DNA of 34,048 nucleotides. Origin: Blastocystis sp. subtype 4. Taxonomy: Eukaryota. The position numbers were made by a program, and so were the translations under genes. Below, one piece after another: positions 31,995 through 34,048 of this stretch (the first letter of the stretch is position 1; every line of letters begins with the position of its first letter). Location: assembly GCF_000743755.1 (NCBI RefSeq), contig NW_014569455.1:1-34048 (forward strand), in the 5' to 3' direction. The notes below the pieces were generated by a model that ran no database searches, was not told the origin of the DNA, and was given only the letters and a program-made list of their open reading frames with translations.

Positions 31995-33233
31995 AATACA
32001 GAATCTCTAAGTATAAAGTCTACACTGAGTAATAAAGAAATGAAAAGGAGAAGGTATTTTTGATTCCAGAAATATAGGAAATCTGATAGCCTCAAAAAGG
32101 GGATCCGGAATTGTTGAACCATTCTAGGTTATGTTATCATACAAACTTTCATTCAATATGGATGATGCTAGATGATCGATATTGATGTGTAGTATCTATT
32201 GAAATGAGTGCAATGTGTATGAATGAGTATCAACAGTGGTGTCATTCAGGATCTTATTCTTGTTTATCAGTGTGTGAATGTAAGTATAGTATGTATTAAA
32301 CACAACAAATCTGACAGAATGATGAAATACAAGGATTGGAGTGTCTTGTGAAGTGTGATAATACTAACCATACTCAGACATATTCAGAGAGGGTTGAGAA
32401 GGTGTTTCAGTGAGTTATATTCGTCTACTATCTGATAATGAAGAGAACTATAAGCAGTATTTCCGTATCTCATTGATATCATTGTATCCATTCATACTGT
32501 CTCACAATGTTTCATACACTTCATATGTGTCAACAATTCATCATTGGATCTCAACTCCTTCTATATACATCATTCAAACACTCTTTAAACATCCTCTTCT
32601 TATCATTTATCCATTCGTCACAGTACTATCCCTCAGAGAGAGTGTGTTGATGTAAATAGGAGGTGTTGATGGATTGTATGAATGATGTATGGGATTGAAC
32701 AATGATGAAAACAAGATATGTTGAATGAGGGATTATCAGAGATGACATACAATTCATATTCAAATCATAATGATTGAATATAGAATGAGATGTGTTGGAT
32801 GGTTTGAGTTGATGAATATGGAATAGGAGTACAATCAATAACAATTATTTCGATCCACTCTCATACAAACAGGAGCATTCAAACATACACATTTCATATT
32901 GGAATCATCATTCATCATTTATAACAAAACATTCAATACTTCAACAATCCTATCAATCACTTCAATCTATCTCCATGCATTCATATTCTATATGAATGAT
33001 GCATCATTCAGTACCTCCATATCATTCTCTTATCCACTTATCATCCTATTCGTCATCACAATTCTCATTGCTCTCATCATTCAACCCTCTCTTCTTCCAT
33101 TATGAACAATAAAATGATGTGGATCACTCATAGATGACTCAAGAGAATGAATGATAAGATTGATCCAATTCATTATCAACAAACACGATCAATTCATTAG
33201 GATACGATAATTAATAACACATAGACTATTCTT

Positions 33234-34048
33234 CTAAAGATACTTGCTATTCTGTCGAATGAACTGATCAAGAGAATCAGCATCTCAGTCATTATCAATC
33301 AATCAATCATACTTGAACTATCCAACTCATCCACTTCACCAAATGCATATTCATTCATCTGAATTCCTTTTCGAGTAAGTGATGGAATATCTAATTCAAA
33401 TCCAATCATCTATCATAACTCTCCAATATCACTTTGCCTATACAACAAAAACTGCAATCATCTCCATTGAATGATGATAGAGAAGGAAGATCTAATCAAT
33501 CAATCATCACCATCATTCATACTCTTCATTATCAATTCATTCGATCCTATAGTATGACAATCACCATATAGAGTATATATTCCAATAGTGATGGATTCAA
33601 GTCGAATCAGATCTCACTCATCATTCATTCAATCATTCATACTCTCAAATACTATCGAATGATACCAATAGAATACATAATCATCCAGTTGAATGGATAT
33701 GAGAGAAGGAAGATTCTTACATTCTAATGATTCATAGTAATTGAATGACCAATCTCGTATGTTGATTTGTTTCAATTGATCACAATTCATTATCAAACAT
33801 TTGCTTCCTTCTCCAATATCATCGAGTCTGAAACTCTTCTTTCCAATGATGATAGTCTCCAATTCATTCAATCCATCAATCACAAATCGACTGACATTCT
33901 CAAAACACTTCTTTCCAATGTCAATTCGTTTCAATGATATCAATGAATTGTTCAGTATCAATGATGATATATCAGGATTGAAATGATCATCAATAATCAG
34001 AGATTCAACACAACTAGTAACAATCAATTCACAATCATCAATCCATTT
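33234..34048 (-). CDS. 3' part of a leucine-rich-repeat-like multigene family protein (5' end outside the window)
   Basis: Units LKRIDIGKKCF, LNELETIIIGKKSF, LKQINIRDWSF and NLPSLISIQLDDYVF; four phase-1 introns lead to ...QNSKYL TAG; the frame is open to the window edge. Confidence 0.7.

Noticed and set aside
1..34048. Stop-codon reassignment or mass pseudogenisation as the cause of fragmented ORFs
   Set aside because: In the genes I traced, interruptions resolve as ~30-nt introns under the standard code, and TAA, TAG and TGA are all used as terminators.

Overview
Very compact, intron-rich eukaryotic DNA (roughly 40% GC by eye), almost certainly Blastocystis: introns are about 28-35 nt, intergenic gaps are tiny, and a TGTTTGTT-like element follows nearly every gene. 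Manual splicing gives 21 protein genes. In order: a partial unknown gene, CBP80/NCBP1, RPA2, THOC1, PP1, CCZ1, CLEC16A/TT9, DDI1, GIGYF-like, cyclin, PDCD5, RCC1-repeat protein, C13 legumain-like peptidase, DDX55/Spb4, ATG10, isovaleryl-CoA dehydrogenase, DIPP-type Nudix, RAD9, glucosamine-6-P deaminase, a Pro/Gln-rich orphan and a partial LRR-like family gene. There is also one elongator tRNA-Met. Highlights: (1) at least four genes (THOC1, DDI1, RAD9, the orphan) appear to get their stop codon from the poly(A) tail, with cleavage 4 nt upstream of the GU-rich element; this mechanism is known in Blastocystis, but these instances are my inference. (2) All five convergent gene junctions carry back-to-back copies of the element. 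(3) A 42-nt AT-AC minor-spliceosome intron is hidden in-frame in CLEC16A. (4) A secreted C13 peptidase keeps its catalytic dyad but has a remodelled S1 specificity pocket. CDS coordinates span introns, and gene identities rest on recalled family motifs rather than database searches.
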